From the NCBI GenBank assembly GCA_033344795.1, contig JAWPMS010000001.1, positions 4,488,966 through 4,552,965 on the forward strand: a DNA stretch of 64,000 nucleotides, written 5' to 3'. This document shows positions 29,875 to 38,460 of the stretch, one piece after another. Within the stretch, counting starts at the first letter, position 1. Each line of letters starts with the position of its first letter. A program made the translations under genes and the position numbers. Origin of the DNA: Acidimicrobiia bacterium (GTDB lineage Bacteria > Actinomycetota > Acidimicrobiia > Acidimicrobiales > SHLQ01). Below the pieces are notes generated by a model. That model had not been told where the DNA came from and made no database searches. It saw only the letters and a list, made by a program, of their open reading frames with translations.

Positions 29875-31215
29875 TTGAGTCATATCTCACAGAGTGAGGC
29901 CAAGAGCCGAGTCCTCGCTGGTGGCATTTTCGAGGCTGGGGACGACTTTGTCTTCACGTCGAAGCGAGAGCCAGTGAGTGCAAGGTGTGTCAAAGCCGGT
30001 CACGAGGTTGTCGTTTCGTGGGATACAGCGCGCAACGCAAGAAATCGCGGAGCGTGTTCCAAGTGTCGGGACACGAGCAAGGCAGACCGGCTCCGAGAGT
30101 TCCTGAGATACGAACAACCGAAGGGTCAGCGCATCGAGCTTCTCTCCACAGGCTATTCGGAGGGCACGTTCGCGCACGTGTCAGTGCGTCACGACGATCC
30201 AGCCTGTGGTCACGAGTGGACGGCAAGCCCAGCGAATCTCTACGCCGGTTGGGGTTGCCCCGCATGCAAGGAACGCGACTTCGTCGCACGGCGAGCCGTG
30301 CCGAAATTCAGCCGCGAATCGCTCTCGGAAGCGCTCAACGACCACGGCGCCACACTTGCGGATGGAGCTACATTCGACGGCAACACGAGCCACTCTGTCG
30401 CGCTGCAGTGCCTTAGGTGTGGCTACGGCAGTAATCAGCGCGATCTATGGAGCACGCCGCCGAAGCACGTACTGAATGGCATCGGTTGTCCATGCTGCGC
30501 TGGACTCGCCACGACCTACGAAGACTTCGTTCGAACACTCGAAGAATTCGGTGCAGCTATCGGCCACGACTTCGAGAAGACTCCAAGCCACAAGCCAATG
30601 AAGGGCGTCTACTGTGCCAGCTGCGGTCTGCCGTGCACAAGCGCCTATGCAAACATCAGAACCGGAAACTCCACCGTTTGCCTCACCTGCCAAGACCCGG
30701 AAGGTCATCGGACGGCGAGCTACCACAAGTGGCCCCTCGCACATCTCGTCGCCCAACCCGGTGCGAGGTCACACATCGCGGGTGTGTATGTAAAACGCGT
30801 GAAGCCGCGAAATACGTCCACCGACGCCGTCTCATGGACAAAGGTGGGGTACGGCACTGAAGGCCGATCGCTCATCGGTGGCCCGCGTATTGCTATCGAG
30901 CGACTCTTCTACGCCCCGCTGCCTGCACCAGTCGCGGCTGCGATTGAAAGGGAGTGCCATCGCAGATGTCGCCGCTACACAATTGAGGATGCAGAGCAAC
31001 AAGGAGTTCCTAGCGAACTTGGAATTACCGAGTTCGTGCAGGATCCCGACCTTGCGCTTGAGATCGTCACAGCCCGAGGTCAACAGTGGGGAGACACAGA
31101 CCCTGATGACGTTCAAGCGCTTCAAGGATTCATCGACGAGTGCGAAGGCAACGACGACTGGCGAAGTGGTCTGGATCTGACGGCGCCGAAACCATGGGCT
31201 CAACCTGTCTCATGA
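29875..31215 (+). CDS. Four zinc-ribbon repeats plus GIY-YIG (T5orf172-like) domain
   Basis: GHEV..CSKC, CGHEW..GCPAC, CLRC..GCPCC, CASC..CLTC; GVYV..TKVG..IERECH..TEFV; TTG start after GGAG. Confidence 0.7.
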   Translation: MSHISQSEAKSRVLAGGIFEAGDDFVFTSKREPVSARCVKAGHEVVVSWDTARNARNRGACSKCRDTSKADRLREFLRYEQPKGQRIELLSTGYSEGTFAHVSVRHDDPACGHEWTASPANLYAGWGCPACKERDFVARRAVPKFSRESLSEALNDHGATLADGATFDGNTSHSVALQCLRCGYGSNQRDLWSTPPKHVLNGIGCPCCAGLATTYEDFVRTLEEFGAAIGHDFEKTPSHKPMKGVYCASCGLPCTSAYANIRTGNSTVCLTCQDPEGHRTASYHKWPLAHLVAQPGARSHIAGVYVKRVKPRNTSTDAVSWTKVGYGTEGRSLIGGPRIAIERLFYAPLPAPVAAAIERECHRRCRRYTIEDAEQQGVPSELGITEFVQDPDLALEIVTARGQQWGDTDPDDVQALQGFIDECEGNDDWRSGLDLTAPKPWAQPVS

Positions 31216-31236
31216 GAAAGTCGATATTTGGTCTCG

Positions 31237-32616
31237 ATGAACTCGACTGAGTGCCCACATGGCAGTCATCCTGCGTACTGCACCGACTGCTTGGAAGCCC
31301 CAAGGCCGTACCTACCACCCCAGGTGCAGTCCAGAACGACGACGGCTCCGAAGGGGCCCGATGACGTCATCGAACCGCTGAGTGGTGACTTCGATATCAG
31401 CTACCCCGTGTATGAGCTCAGCCCTTATACAGAGCCCGGCACAGACTGGCTAGCGGCTATCAAGAACAGCTACCCCCACCAGCTTCGCCCCGAAGGATGG
31501 CTGTACCTACGATCCCGCGGGCGCCTTTGGGCTCGGGTAAGGGTACGAGGCGTGGAATGGCGTGAACACCGCCCGCACCGAACCGGCGTGGATGGGACTG
31601 AGTTCGGCCCCGGAATGGTCATCCTGCTTCGGCCTGAGACTTGGGAAACCGATATCGAGGTTGATTTAGGCGACCTAGCCACGAACCAAAGGGCCGGCTA
31701 CCGCTACCTCCAGACCGTCGGGTCAAATGCGGTTCAGCATGTAAGAAACGGGGAGGAAATCGGAGAACCACAAGCAATCAAAGCAAGGGTCTACGGCCAT
31801 CGCTCAGCCATCTTGCTGTTGTGGAATGCAGATCGATTCGACTTCGACCAATCATCGAGAATCGCAGCGCAGACGGCAGCTGGGAATATCTTCGAAGGTT
31901 CATGGTCGACCGGCAGTCGCAAGGAGTTCGTGGTTGGGGAACGCTTCTACTTGCTCCGAACTGGTGATGACGGCGGCATAGTCGCAACCGGAATGATTGC
32001 GGGCCTGCCCTTCAGCGATCACCACTGGGAGTTCACCGATGAGGAGACGGACTACGTACCGGTCGAGTTCGATGCGCTTACAGCTGAGCCGTTGCCAACT
32101 GAGGTGTTGGAAGCAACCTTCCCTGGTCTGCACTGGAGGCCTCAAGCTTCGGGAACAAGGATCAGCAGCCCTGATGCCGTCGAAGCGGTTGATCGACTAT
32201 TCGTCGAACATCTAGCTCGCCGGGGTATCGAAGTCGCCGGCGAGAGCCGCTCGCCCGAAGAACTCGGTGCGCAGCAGATGTATAGCGAGGGCTCCGTGCG
32301 GCGCGTCTCCGTGAACAGCTATGAGAGAAACACCAGGGCCCGGCGAGCGTGCCTCGAGCACTACGGAGACTCCTGCGCCGCATGCGGTTTCAATTTCGGG
32401 GAAGTCTATGGGCCTGAAGGAGAGGGGTTCATTCATGTCCACCACGTGCGCGAGATTTCGAGTATTGGCGCGGAGTACCAGGTGGACCCGATCAACGACC
32501 TGATACCGCTCTGCCCTAACTGCCACGCCATGGCGCACCACAAGCGTCAGGGCCAGGCAGCGCGAACCATCGGCGGACTACGAGGTCTCATCGATTCGCA
32601 AAGACAACGTCCGTGA
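31237..32616 (+). CDS. McrA-like HNH endonuclease with EVE/PUA-like domain(s), candidate type IV restriction enzyme
   Basis: YERNTRARRACLEHYG.SCAAC...HVHH...LCPNCHAM; central LLWN..WSTG..GERFYL..GIVATG..QASG. Confidence 0.85.
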   Translation: MNSTECPHGSHPAYCTDCLEAPRPYLPPQVQSRTTTAPKGPDDVIEPLSGDFDISYPVYELSPYTEPGTDWLAAIKNSYPHQLRPEGWLYLRSRGRLWARVRVRGVEWREHRPHRTGVDGTEFGPGMVILLRPETWETDIEVDLGDLATNQRAGYRYLQTVGSNAVQHVRNGEEIGEPQAIKARVYGHRSAILLLWNADRFDFDQSSRIAAQTAAGNIFEGSWSTGSRKEFVVGERFYLLRTGDDGGIVATGMIAGLPFSDHHWEFTDEETDYVPVEFDALTAEPLPTEVLEATFPGLHWRPQASGTRISSPDAVEAVDRLFVEHLARRGIEVAGESRSPEELGAQQMYSEGSVRRVSVNSYERNTRARRACLEHYGDSCAACGFNFGEVYGPEGEGFIHVHHVREISSIGAEYQVDPINDLIPLCPNCHAMAHHKRQGQAARTIGGLRGLIDSQRQRP

Positions 32617-32617
32617 G

Positions 32618-34819
32618 CTACTTCCGGAAGGGTTCTCCCGACTCGGCGTGGTCCTTGAGGATCTGGGCCGGCTGGAAGCGGTCGCCTTGGGTTTCCGCGA
32701 GGCGTTCCATCCGCTTCACCACCTCGGCGGCACCGAGATGATCAACGAGCATGAACGGCCCACCGGTGAAGGGCGGGAAGCCGAACCCGAAGATCGCACC
32801 GATGTCGCCGTCACGGGCCGATCGCAATATGCCATCCTCGAGACAGCGGGCAGCTTCGTTGATCAACTGCAGGGAGAGCCGCTCCTCGATCTCGGCCCTC
32901 GACATGCTCGCGCTCGGTGTGACACCGAGAACCGAATACACCGACTCGTCGACGTCGCTCTTCTTTCCGTCCTCGTACCGGTAGAACCCGCGCTCGTTCT
33001 TCCTGCCCTTGCGGTCATCAGCGATCATCTTGTCGAAGCCCGCGGCGGCTGCCATACGGTCACCGAACGCAGCCACCATGATCTCGCCCACCTTCACGGC
33101 AACGTCGATGCCGACCTCGTCGATCAGCGTCACCGGCCCAACGGGGAACCCCCATTGCACCATCGTGTCGTCGATGAGCTCGATGTCGACGCCTTCGGAA
33201 AGGAGATAACCCACCTCGTTCATGTATGGGGCCAACGCGCGATTGGCGTAGAAACCAGCCCCATCGTTCACGACGATGACGGTCTTTCCCTGCCGCTTCC
33301 CGAGCTCGACGCACGTCGCCGTCACCCAGTCGGCCGTCTTCTCGGTCGTGATGATCTCGAGCAGCGGCATCTTCTCGACCGGCGAGAAGTAGTGCATCCC
33401 GATCACGTTCTCCGGACGTTTCGCGCCCGCCGCGATGTCGGTGATCGGTATCGACGACGTGTTGGTGGCGAAGATCGTGGCGTCGTCGGTCGCGTCCTCG
33501 ACATCGGCGAGGATCGCGTGCTTCAGCGCCAGATCCTCGAACACGGCTTCGATCACGACATCGACAGTGTCGAACCCGCTGTAGTCGAGGGTTCCCGTCA
33601 CGAGGTGCATCAATCGTTCGGCTTCGCGTGGCGTCATCCGACGGCGCTTCACCTGCCCTCGTACGTACTTGTCGACGTAGCCGAGCCCGCGGGCGACCCC
33701 CGCGTCGTCGACCTCTTTGATACGGATGCTGGTGTTCGCCTTGGTTGCGGTGACGGCGGCGATCCCGCCACCCATCAATCCACCGCCGATCACGCCGACC
33801 TTCTTGACGGTCGCCGGTTGGACGCCGTCCGGTACCCAGGTCTCCTTCTTCAGTTCCTGCGATGCGAAGAAGACCGACCGCAGTGCTTTGCTCTCCGGTG
33901 TCACGACGAGGCGACCGAAGGCCTCGGCCTCGAAGGCCAGACCGGCGGCCATACCCTGCTCGACCCCCACCTTGACGGCTTGCAAGATCTCCTTGGGGGC
34001 CGGGTAGTTGCCCTTCGTGGTCTCCAGCATCTGCTGTTCGGCCTTCTGGAACAGAACCTTGCGCCCCATCGGGTTGTCCTCGAGCGCAAGCTGTTGGAGG
34101 CGCGCCGGCGTCAGGAAGCCCTTCGCACGGGCTAGCCCGCCGTCGCTCGTTTCGTTTCCGAGCGCGCCGACGGCGTCGAGGGCGCGGCGGCGGGCAACGT
34201 CGAGCAACATCTCCCGGGGGCATACCTCGTCGACCAATCCCAACTTGTGGGCCTTGCGAGGACGAATCGAGCGCCCGGTCATCACGAGGTCGAGCGCCGT
34301 GGCGATGCCGACGAGCGGCGGGAGTCGTTGGGTGCCTCCGGCTCCCGGCAACAGGCCGAGCTGAACCTCGGGTTGCCCGAGCTGGGTCTTCTTCTCGTCG
34401 TTTGAGGCGATACGCGTCGAACAGGCGAGGGCGATCTCCATGCCGCCACCGAGGCAGGGACCGTGGATGGCAGCCACGACCGGCTTGCCCCGCTCCTTGT
34501 GCAGATTCTCGAGTCGGTTGATGACCTCTTGCCCCTGGGTGAGCATGTCGGCGGCCGTTTCGGCATCGGTCAGGCTCTGGAACCATCGGATATCAGCCCC
34601 GGCGAGGAAGTTGTCGGGCTTGGCGCTGCCGAGCACGACGGCCACGACGTCGGGGTCGTTCTCGATGCGCTCGATGACGGCATTCAGATCCATCATGAGG
34701 TCGGGCGACATCGTGTTCATCGCTTCGCCGTCGCGGTCGATGAGCACCAGCGCGACGCCGTCGTTATCGACGCTGTACTCGAAGTGGGTGAGCTCGAGGT
34801 CTTTGGCGGTTGTGGCCAT
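32618..34819 (-). CDS. fadJ: Fatty-acid oxidation complex alpha subunit (enoyl-CoA hydratase / 3-hydroxyacyl-CoA dehydrogenase)
   Basis: FLAGADI, CLGGGME, PEVQLGLLPGAGGTQRL, GGGLMGGGIA, TNTSSIPI, MHYFSPV. Confidence 0.93.
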   Translation of the reverse strand: MATTAKDLELTHFEYSVDNDGVALVLIDRDGEAMNTMSPDLMMDLNAVIERIENDPDVVAVVLGSAKPDNFLAGADIRWFQSLTDAETAADMLTQGQEVINRLENLHKERGKPVVAAIHGPCLGGGMEIALACSTRIASNDEKKTQLGQPEVQLGLLPGAGGTQRLPPLVGIATALDLVMTGRSIRPRKAHKLGLVDEVCPREMLLDVARRRALDAVGALGNETSDGGLARAKGFLTPARLQQLALEDNPMGRKVLFQKAEQQMLETTKGNYPAPKEILQAVKVGVEQGMAAGLAFEAEAFGRLVVTPESKALRSVFFASQELKKETWVPDGVQPATVKKVGVIGGGLMGGGIAAVTATKANTSIRIKEVDDAGVARGLGYVDKYVRGQVKRRRMTPREAERLMHLVTGTLDYSGFDTVDVVIEAVFEDLALKHAILADVEDATDDATIFATNTSSIPITDIAAGAKRPENVIGMHYFSPVEKMPLLEIITTEKTADWVTATCVELGKRQGKTVIVVNDGAGFYANRALAPYMNEVGYLLSEGVDIELIDDTMVQWGFPVGPVTLIDEVGIDVAVKVGEIMVAAFGDRMAAAAGFDKMIADDRKGRKNERGFYRYEDGKKSDVDESVYSVLGVTPSASMSRAEIEERLSLQLINEAARCLEDGILRSARDGDIGAIFGFGFPPFTGGPFMLVDHLGAAEVVKRMERLAETQGDRFQPAQILKDHAESGEPFRK

Positions 34820-34828
34820 GTTGGGCTC

Positions 34829-36112
34829 CTAACGTTCGAGTACGACGGCGGCACCGAGGCCACCGGCCGCACACTGGGTGATGAGCGCGGTGCCGCTATC
34901 ACGGCGAACCAACTCGTTTGCCATCGTCAGCGCCTGCCGGGTCCCGGTGGCGCCGAACGGGTGACCCAGCGAGATCGACCCGCCATACGGGTTGAGCTTC
35001 TCGGCGGGTATCTCGCCAATGGCCTTGTCTCGGCCGAGGTGTTTCTCTGCCCACTCCTTCGACGCAAAAGCTGCCATGTTCGACAACATTTGGGCCGAGA
35101 ACGCCTCGTGCATGTCGATGATGTCGATGTCGTCGAGTGTCATGCCGGCTCGATCGAGCGCAATCGGGGTGGCGAACGACGGTCCCATCAGCAACTGCCA
35201 GCTCGGATCGAGGGCAGCAAAGGCCCAAGACTTGACCCACGCTCTCGGGATGAACCCAAGACGTTCCGCAGTCGCCTCTTCCATGAGCAGAACGGCGGAC
35301 GCGCCGTCTGTCAGAGGCGAACTGTTTCCTGCCGTGACCGTTCCGTACTTTCGGTCGAACACCGGTCGAAGCGTGGCGAGCTTCTCGACGGTGGTCTCGG
35401 CGCGCGGAATGCCGTCCCGCGACACCGTGTCTCGGTAACCGTTCACCGGGATGTGCATCACCTCGTCGTCGTAGACACCCTTCTCCCAGGCCTCGACGGC
35501 CTTCATGTGCGACTCATAGGCGTACTGGTCTTGATCCTCGCGGGTGATCCCGTTTTCTCGAGCCATCTTCTCGGCGGACTCGCCCATGGTGAGCCCAGTG
35601 CTTCTCTCGGCAAGGGCCGGCGGCTGCGGGGCCAGATCTTTGGGCCGCACCGACCCGAAGGCCCTCACCTTCGACGGCAGGTCCTTGGCCGAGTTCGCCT
35701 CCATCAGCGCATCGACGAACGTGTCGCTATAAAGGATGGGCGGTTTCGACAGCGAATCAGCGCCGCCGGCGATCACGATGTCGGCGTCGCCGGTCAGGAT
35801 GGCCTGCGTGCCGTTGACCAGGGCCTGGGTGCTGGTCGCGCATGCCCGTGTCACCGAGTAGGCGTCGACAGTCTGTGGCATGTCCGTTCGCAGCACGATC
35901 TCGCGAGCCAAATTGGGGCCTTCGAGATCGGGGATGACCGAGCCGTACACGACCTGGTCGATCTGGCCTCCCTCGACCCCCGCCCGCTGGAGCAGCTCGT
36001 TGACGACCGCCGCACTGAGATCGAGTGCCGACAGGTCTTTGAAGACGGTGCCCGACTTCACGAAAGGCGTCCTCAACCCGTCGACGATTGCGACCCTTCT
36101 GTTCTTACCCAT
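34829..36112 (-). CDS. fadI: Acetyl-CoA C-acyltransferase (thiolase)
   Basis: LRTPF, RACATS, NSSPLTDGA, HEAF, GHPFGATG, CAAGG. Confidence 0.93.
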   Translation of the reverse strand: MGKNRRVAIVDGLRTPFVKSGTVFKDLSALDLSAAVVNELLQRAGVEGGQIDQVVYGSVIPDLEGPNLAREIVLRTDMPQTVDAYSVTRACATSTQALVNGTQAILTGDADIVIAGGADSLSKPPILYSDTFVDALMEANSAKDLPSKVRAFGSVRPKDLAPQPPALAERSTGLTMGESAEKMARENGITREDQDQYAYESHMKAVEAWEKGVYDDEVMHIPVNGYRDTVSRDGIPRAETTVEKLATLRPVFDRKYGTVTAGNSSPLTDGASAVLLMEEATAERLGFIPRAWVKSWAFAALDPSWQLLMGPSFATPIALDRAGMTLDDIDIIDMHEAFSAQMLSNMAAFASKEWAEKHLGRDKAIGEIPAEKLNPYGGSISLGHPFGATGTRQALTMANELVRRDSGTALITQCAAGGLGAAVVLER

Positions 36113-36191
36113 TCGAATCCTCGTTTCGCTCGACTAGAGGAGTTTCGCACCATATGCGCTCGTTCACGCTCCCCAGTAGGCAGCGAATCGC

Positions 36192-36213
36192 TGTCACAGC
36201 CCACCAGTAGCTT
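36192..36213 (+). promoter_or_regulatory. PafBC/RecA-NDp-like promoter
   Basis: TGTCAC-agcccaccag-TAGCTT. Confidence 0.6.
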
Positions 36214-36296
36214 CGCCCTTGCCTCGGCGAACGGGCTCACGTTCACCCCACGACCAGCGCCCCTCGACGGGCCGGGCAACATCTGGGAAACTGAAC

Positions 36297-36671
36297 ATGG
36301 CAATCAGCGAACGCGAACGACGCGATGCGTACACCGGGCTCGAACAAGCCCTCGGCGAAAACATCGCAAACACCATCATGCAACTCCTCCCCAACCAACC
36401 CGCAGACCAACTCGTCACCCGCACCGACATGCACGCGTTCGGTACCGAGCTCCGCGGCGAAATGGCCGAACTCCGCGGCGAACTGCGAGGAGAGATGGCT
36501 GAGCTACGCGGCGAGGTTCGTGGTGACATTGCGCGCCTCGATGCCAAGATCATCGAACTCGGCGGCGATCTGCGTGCTGAGATCTCGCAGCTCCGCAACC
36601 ACACGACTCGCATGATGTCCGGCGCTATCGCGGCGAACGCCGTGGCGCTTGTCGGTGTCCTCGTCGCGTAA
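36297..36671 (+). CDS. Coiled-coil repeat protein with C-terminal membrane anchor (DUF1640-like)
   Basis: QLVTRTDM neck, ELRGEMAELRG repeats, hydrophobic C-terminus. Confidence 0.8.
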   Translation: MAISERERRDAYTGLEQALGENIANTIMQLLPNQPADQLVTRTDMHAFGTELRGEMAELRGELRGEMAELRGEVRGDIARLDAKIIELGGDLRAEISQLRNHTTRMMSGAIAANAVALVGVLVA

Positions 36672-36699
36672 GAACCACACACCAGCACCAACACTTGAC

Positions 36700-36721
36700 T
36701 GTCATACCCCACGGCAATAGT
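36700..36721 (+). promoter_or_regulatory. PafBC/RecA-NDp-like promoter, leaderless
   Basis: TGTCAT-accccacggc-AATAGT, 6 nt before ATG 36728. Confidence 0.5.
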
Positions 36722-36727
36722 GGACAC

Positions 36728-37030
36728 ATGGCTACATGCACCGACTGCAAACAAGACATGCGCAACGCTTCAGGCTGCACGATCAGCGAACTGACGCTCG
36801 ATCGGGTCGTCTATCAGCGCCAACCCTTCGGCTCCGAACCCGGCTGGCCGACCACACGTGAACGGTGCGGCGACTGCGGTGCGTCCCAGGGCAACCACCA
36901 TCACCTCGGCTGCGACATCGCCCGATGCCCCGCGTGCGGTTGGCAACTGCTGTCGTGTGGCTGTCCGTTCGACGAGTACGGGCCAGCCGAGCTCGAGCTT
37001 CTCCTCGACGACCTCATGGCCTGGGCTTGA
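36728..37030 (+). CDS. Small Cys/His-rich metal-binding hypothetical protein
   Basis: CTDC, CGDC..HHLGCD..CPAC..SCGC. Confidence 0.75.
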   Translation: MATCTDCKQDMRNASGCTISELTLDRVVYQRQPFGSEPGWPTTRERCGDCGASQGNHHHLGCDIARCPACGWQLLSCGCPFDEYGPAELELLLDDLMAWA

Positions 37031-37117
37031 GCAGTGAGCATCCAACTTGGGGCCAGCACGGTGGTGAGCGTCGCAGCGCTCGACTGCCCATGCCGTCCGC
37101 GTGAGACGCTCAGCCCA

Positions 37118-37843
37118 CTAACTAGAGAGTGCGTTATCTAGACGCTCCAAGTCACAACCACTCGCCTCCGGTTGAGAACGGAGAATGAGCATCAATTCTC
37201 GAATCGAGGCCTCCACGACCCGCTCTTTGCCGACCGACTCAGAGAACAGCAAAGGCAGTTCTCCATCGTCGACCTCTGCAAGTTGTGCCTCCAACCTCAC
37301 CGAAGCGTCGGACACATCCCTCGAGATGACTCCGACTTCACCCATCGCGTCGAACGTGCTTGCGAGCAGCTGCGACACATCCGGTTCCGCTGATCCGGCA
37401 AAAGCCCAGCTCTCGAGGTCGCCCCATTGTTCTATCCCGTCGATCAGACGCTGGAACTCGCCCGAACACGGCCCGGTGAATGCACCTTCAGGAACCACCT
37501 CAATGTTGTCTCGATCAGCAATATCGATCGATTGCGTGTCGGAGCTGACCAGCGACAGCACGCCGACGCCCACCACAACAATGAGCGCAGCGGCGACAGC
37601 CCAAACCCATCGTCGCAACCTGAGGTTCTCATTGCGCGTCGGGCTCAGCTCCAAGTTCAATACGACGGCTTCCGCGTCGGAGGAGACGGCTTCCACGTCA
37701 GAGGAATCGTCAGTCACGAGCAGTGTCGATGAAACGGTCGTGCGTTCAGTCAACCGTCGCAAGCCGCGGAGGCGCTCCTCCGAGGTCAGCTGGCGCGGGC
37801 GGTCTGCTGACGCAAGCAGCTCGCCAATTTCCTGCTCATCCAT
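37118..37843 (-). CDS. Single-pass membrane protein, probable anti-sigma factor
   Basis: AAGGAG RBS; WVWAVAAALIVVVGVG TM; overlaps the end of the ECF sigma gene. Confidence 0.65.
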   Translation of the reverse strand: MDEQEIGELLASADRPRQLTSEERLRGLRRLTERTTVSSTLLVTDDSSDVEAVSSDAEAVVLNLELSPTRNENLRLRRWVWAVAAALIVVVGVGVLSLVSSDTQSIDIADRDNIEVVPEGAFTGPCSGEFQRLIDGIEQWGDLESWAFAGSAEPDVSQLLASTFDAMGEVGVISRDVSDASVRLEAQLAEVDDGELPLLFSESVGKERVVEASIRELMLILRSQPEASGCDLERLDNALSS

Positions 37844-38342
37844 CTGTTGCTCCTTCATACGACGCTCGGAAAGCGGCTCGTGCTCTTCCCAGTAGCGACT
37901 CAGTCGCCTTGTAGCTCGACCCGATGGCTTCTGCCACCTCACTTGTGGAGAAGCCGTCCAGATACCGAAGCACGAGGACGGCACGCTGACGGTCTGACAT
38001 CGCGTTGAGCGCCATCTCGACCCGACCATCCGGATCGGTATCGGGCGCGGGTGACGGTTTCGTGGCCTGCGCAAGTTTCGCTAGCCCCTCGCGGGCCGTT
38101 CCTTGCCGTCTCCAGTGATCGATCAGTCGCCGCCGAGCCACCGTTCGCAGCCACGATGCCGTCACCTCGTGGCCCCGTCCCTTCGAGAACAGACCGCTCG
38201 CCTGTGCGAATGTCTCGGCCATCAGGTCTTCCGCGAGAGCTCGACTACCACATCGCAGCAGCAGAAATCCAAAGACGCCGGGCGACTCAGCGTCAAAGAG
38301 CGCCGCCAGCCCATCACGCCGGTGAATCATCAGACCATCCAT
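37836..38342 (-). CDS. ECF RNA polymerase sigma factor
   Basis: AEDLMAETF, WLRTVARRRLIDHWRR, RQRAVLVLRYLDG.STSEVA; start uncertain. Confidence 0.88.
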   Translation of the reverse strand: MDGLMIHRRDGLAALFDAESPGVFGFLLLRCGSRALAEDLMAETFAQASGLFSKGRGHEVTASWLRTVARRRLIDHWRRQGTAREGLAKLAQATKPSPAPDTDPDGRVEMALNAMSDRQRAVLVLRYLDGFSTSEVAEAIGSSYKATESLLGRARAAFRASYEGATDG

Positions 38343-38460
38343 CGTTCCATCAGTCGTTGCACGCAGTCGAGATCCTTCGCGAGAATTCTCATCGCAGCGA
38401 GGGATTCGTTGTCGCCAGTGCGAATGGTCTCGAAAAGCGACCGAGTGACAAGGATCCAAG

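Larger units (their letters stand above)
14100..32616. other. Defence island
   Basis: Contiguous cluster of nuclease, helicase, ATPase and R-M genes; looks less GC-rich than the flanks by eye; no integrase or att repeat seen. Confidence 0.75.

Noticed and set aside
32648-36502. Long + strand ORFs (495 aa, 679 aa)
   Set aside because: Antisense shadows of fadJ/fadI caused by high-GC codon bias; no motifs.
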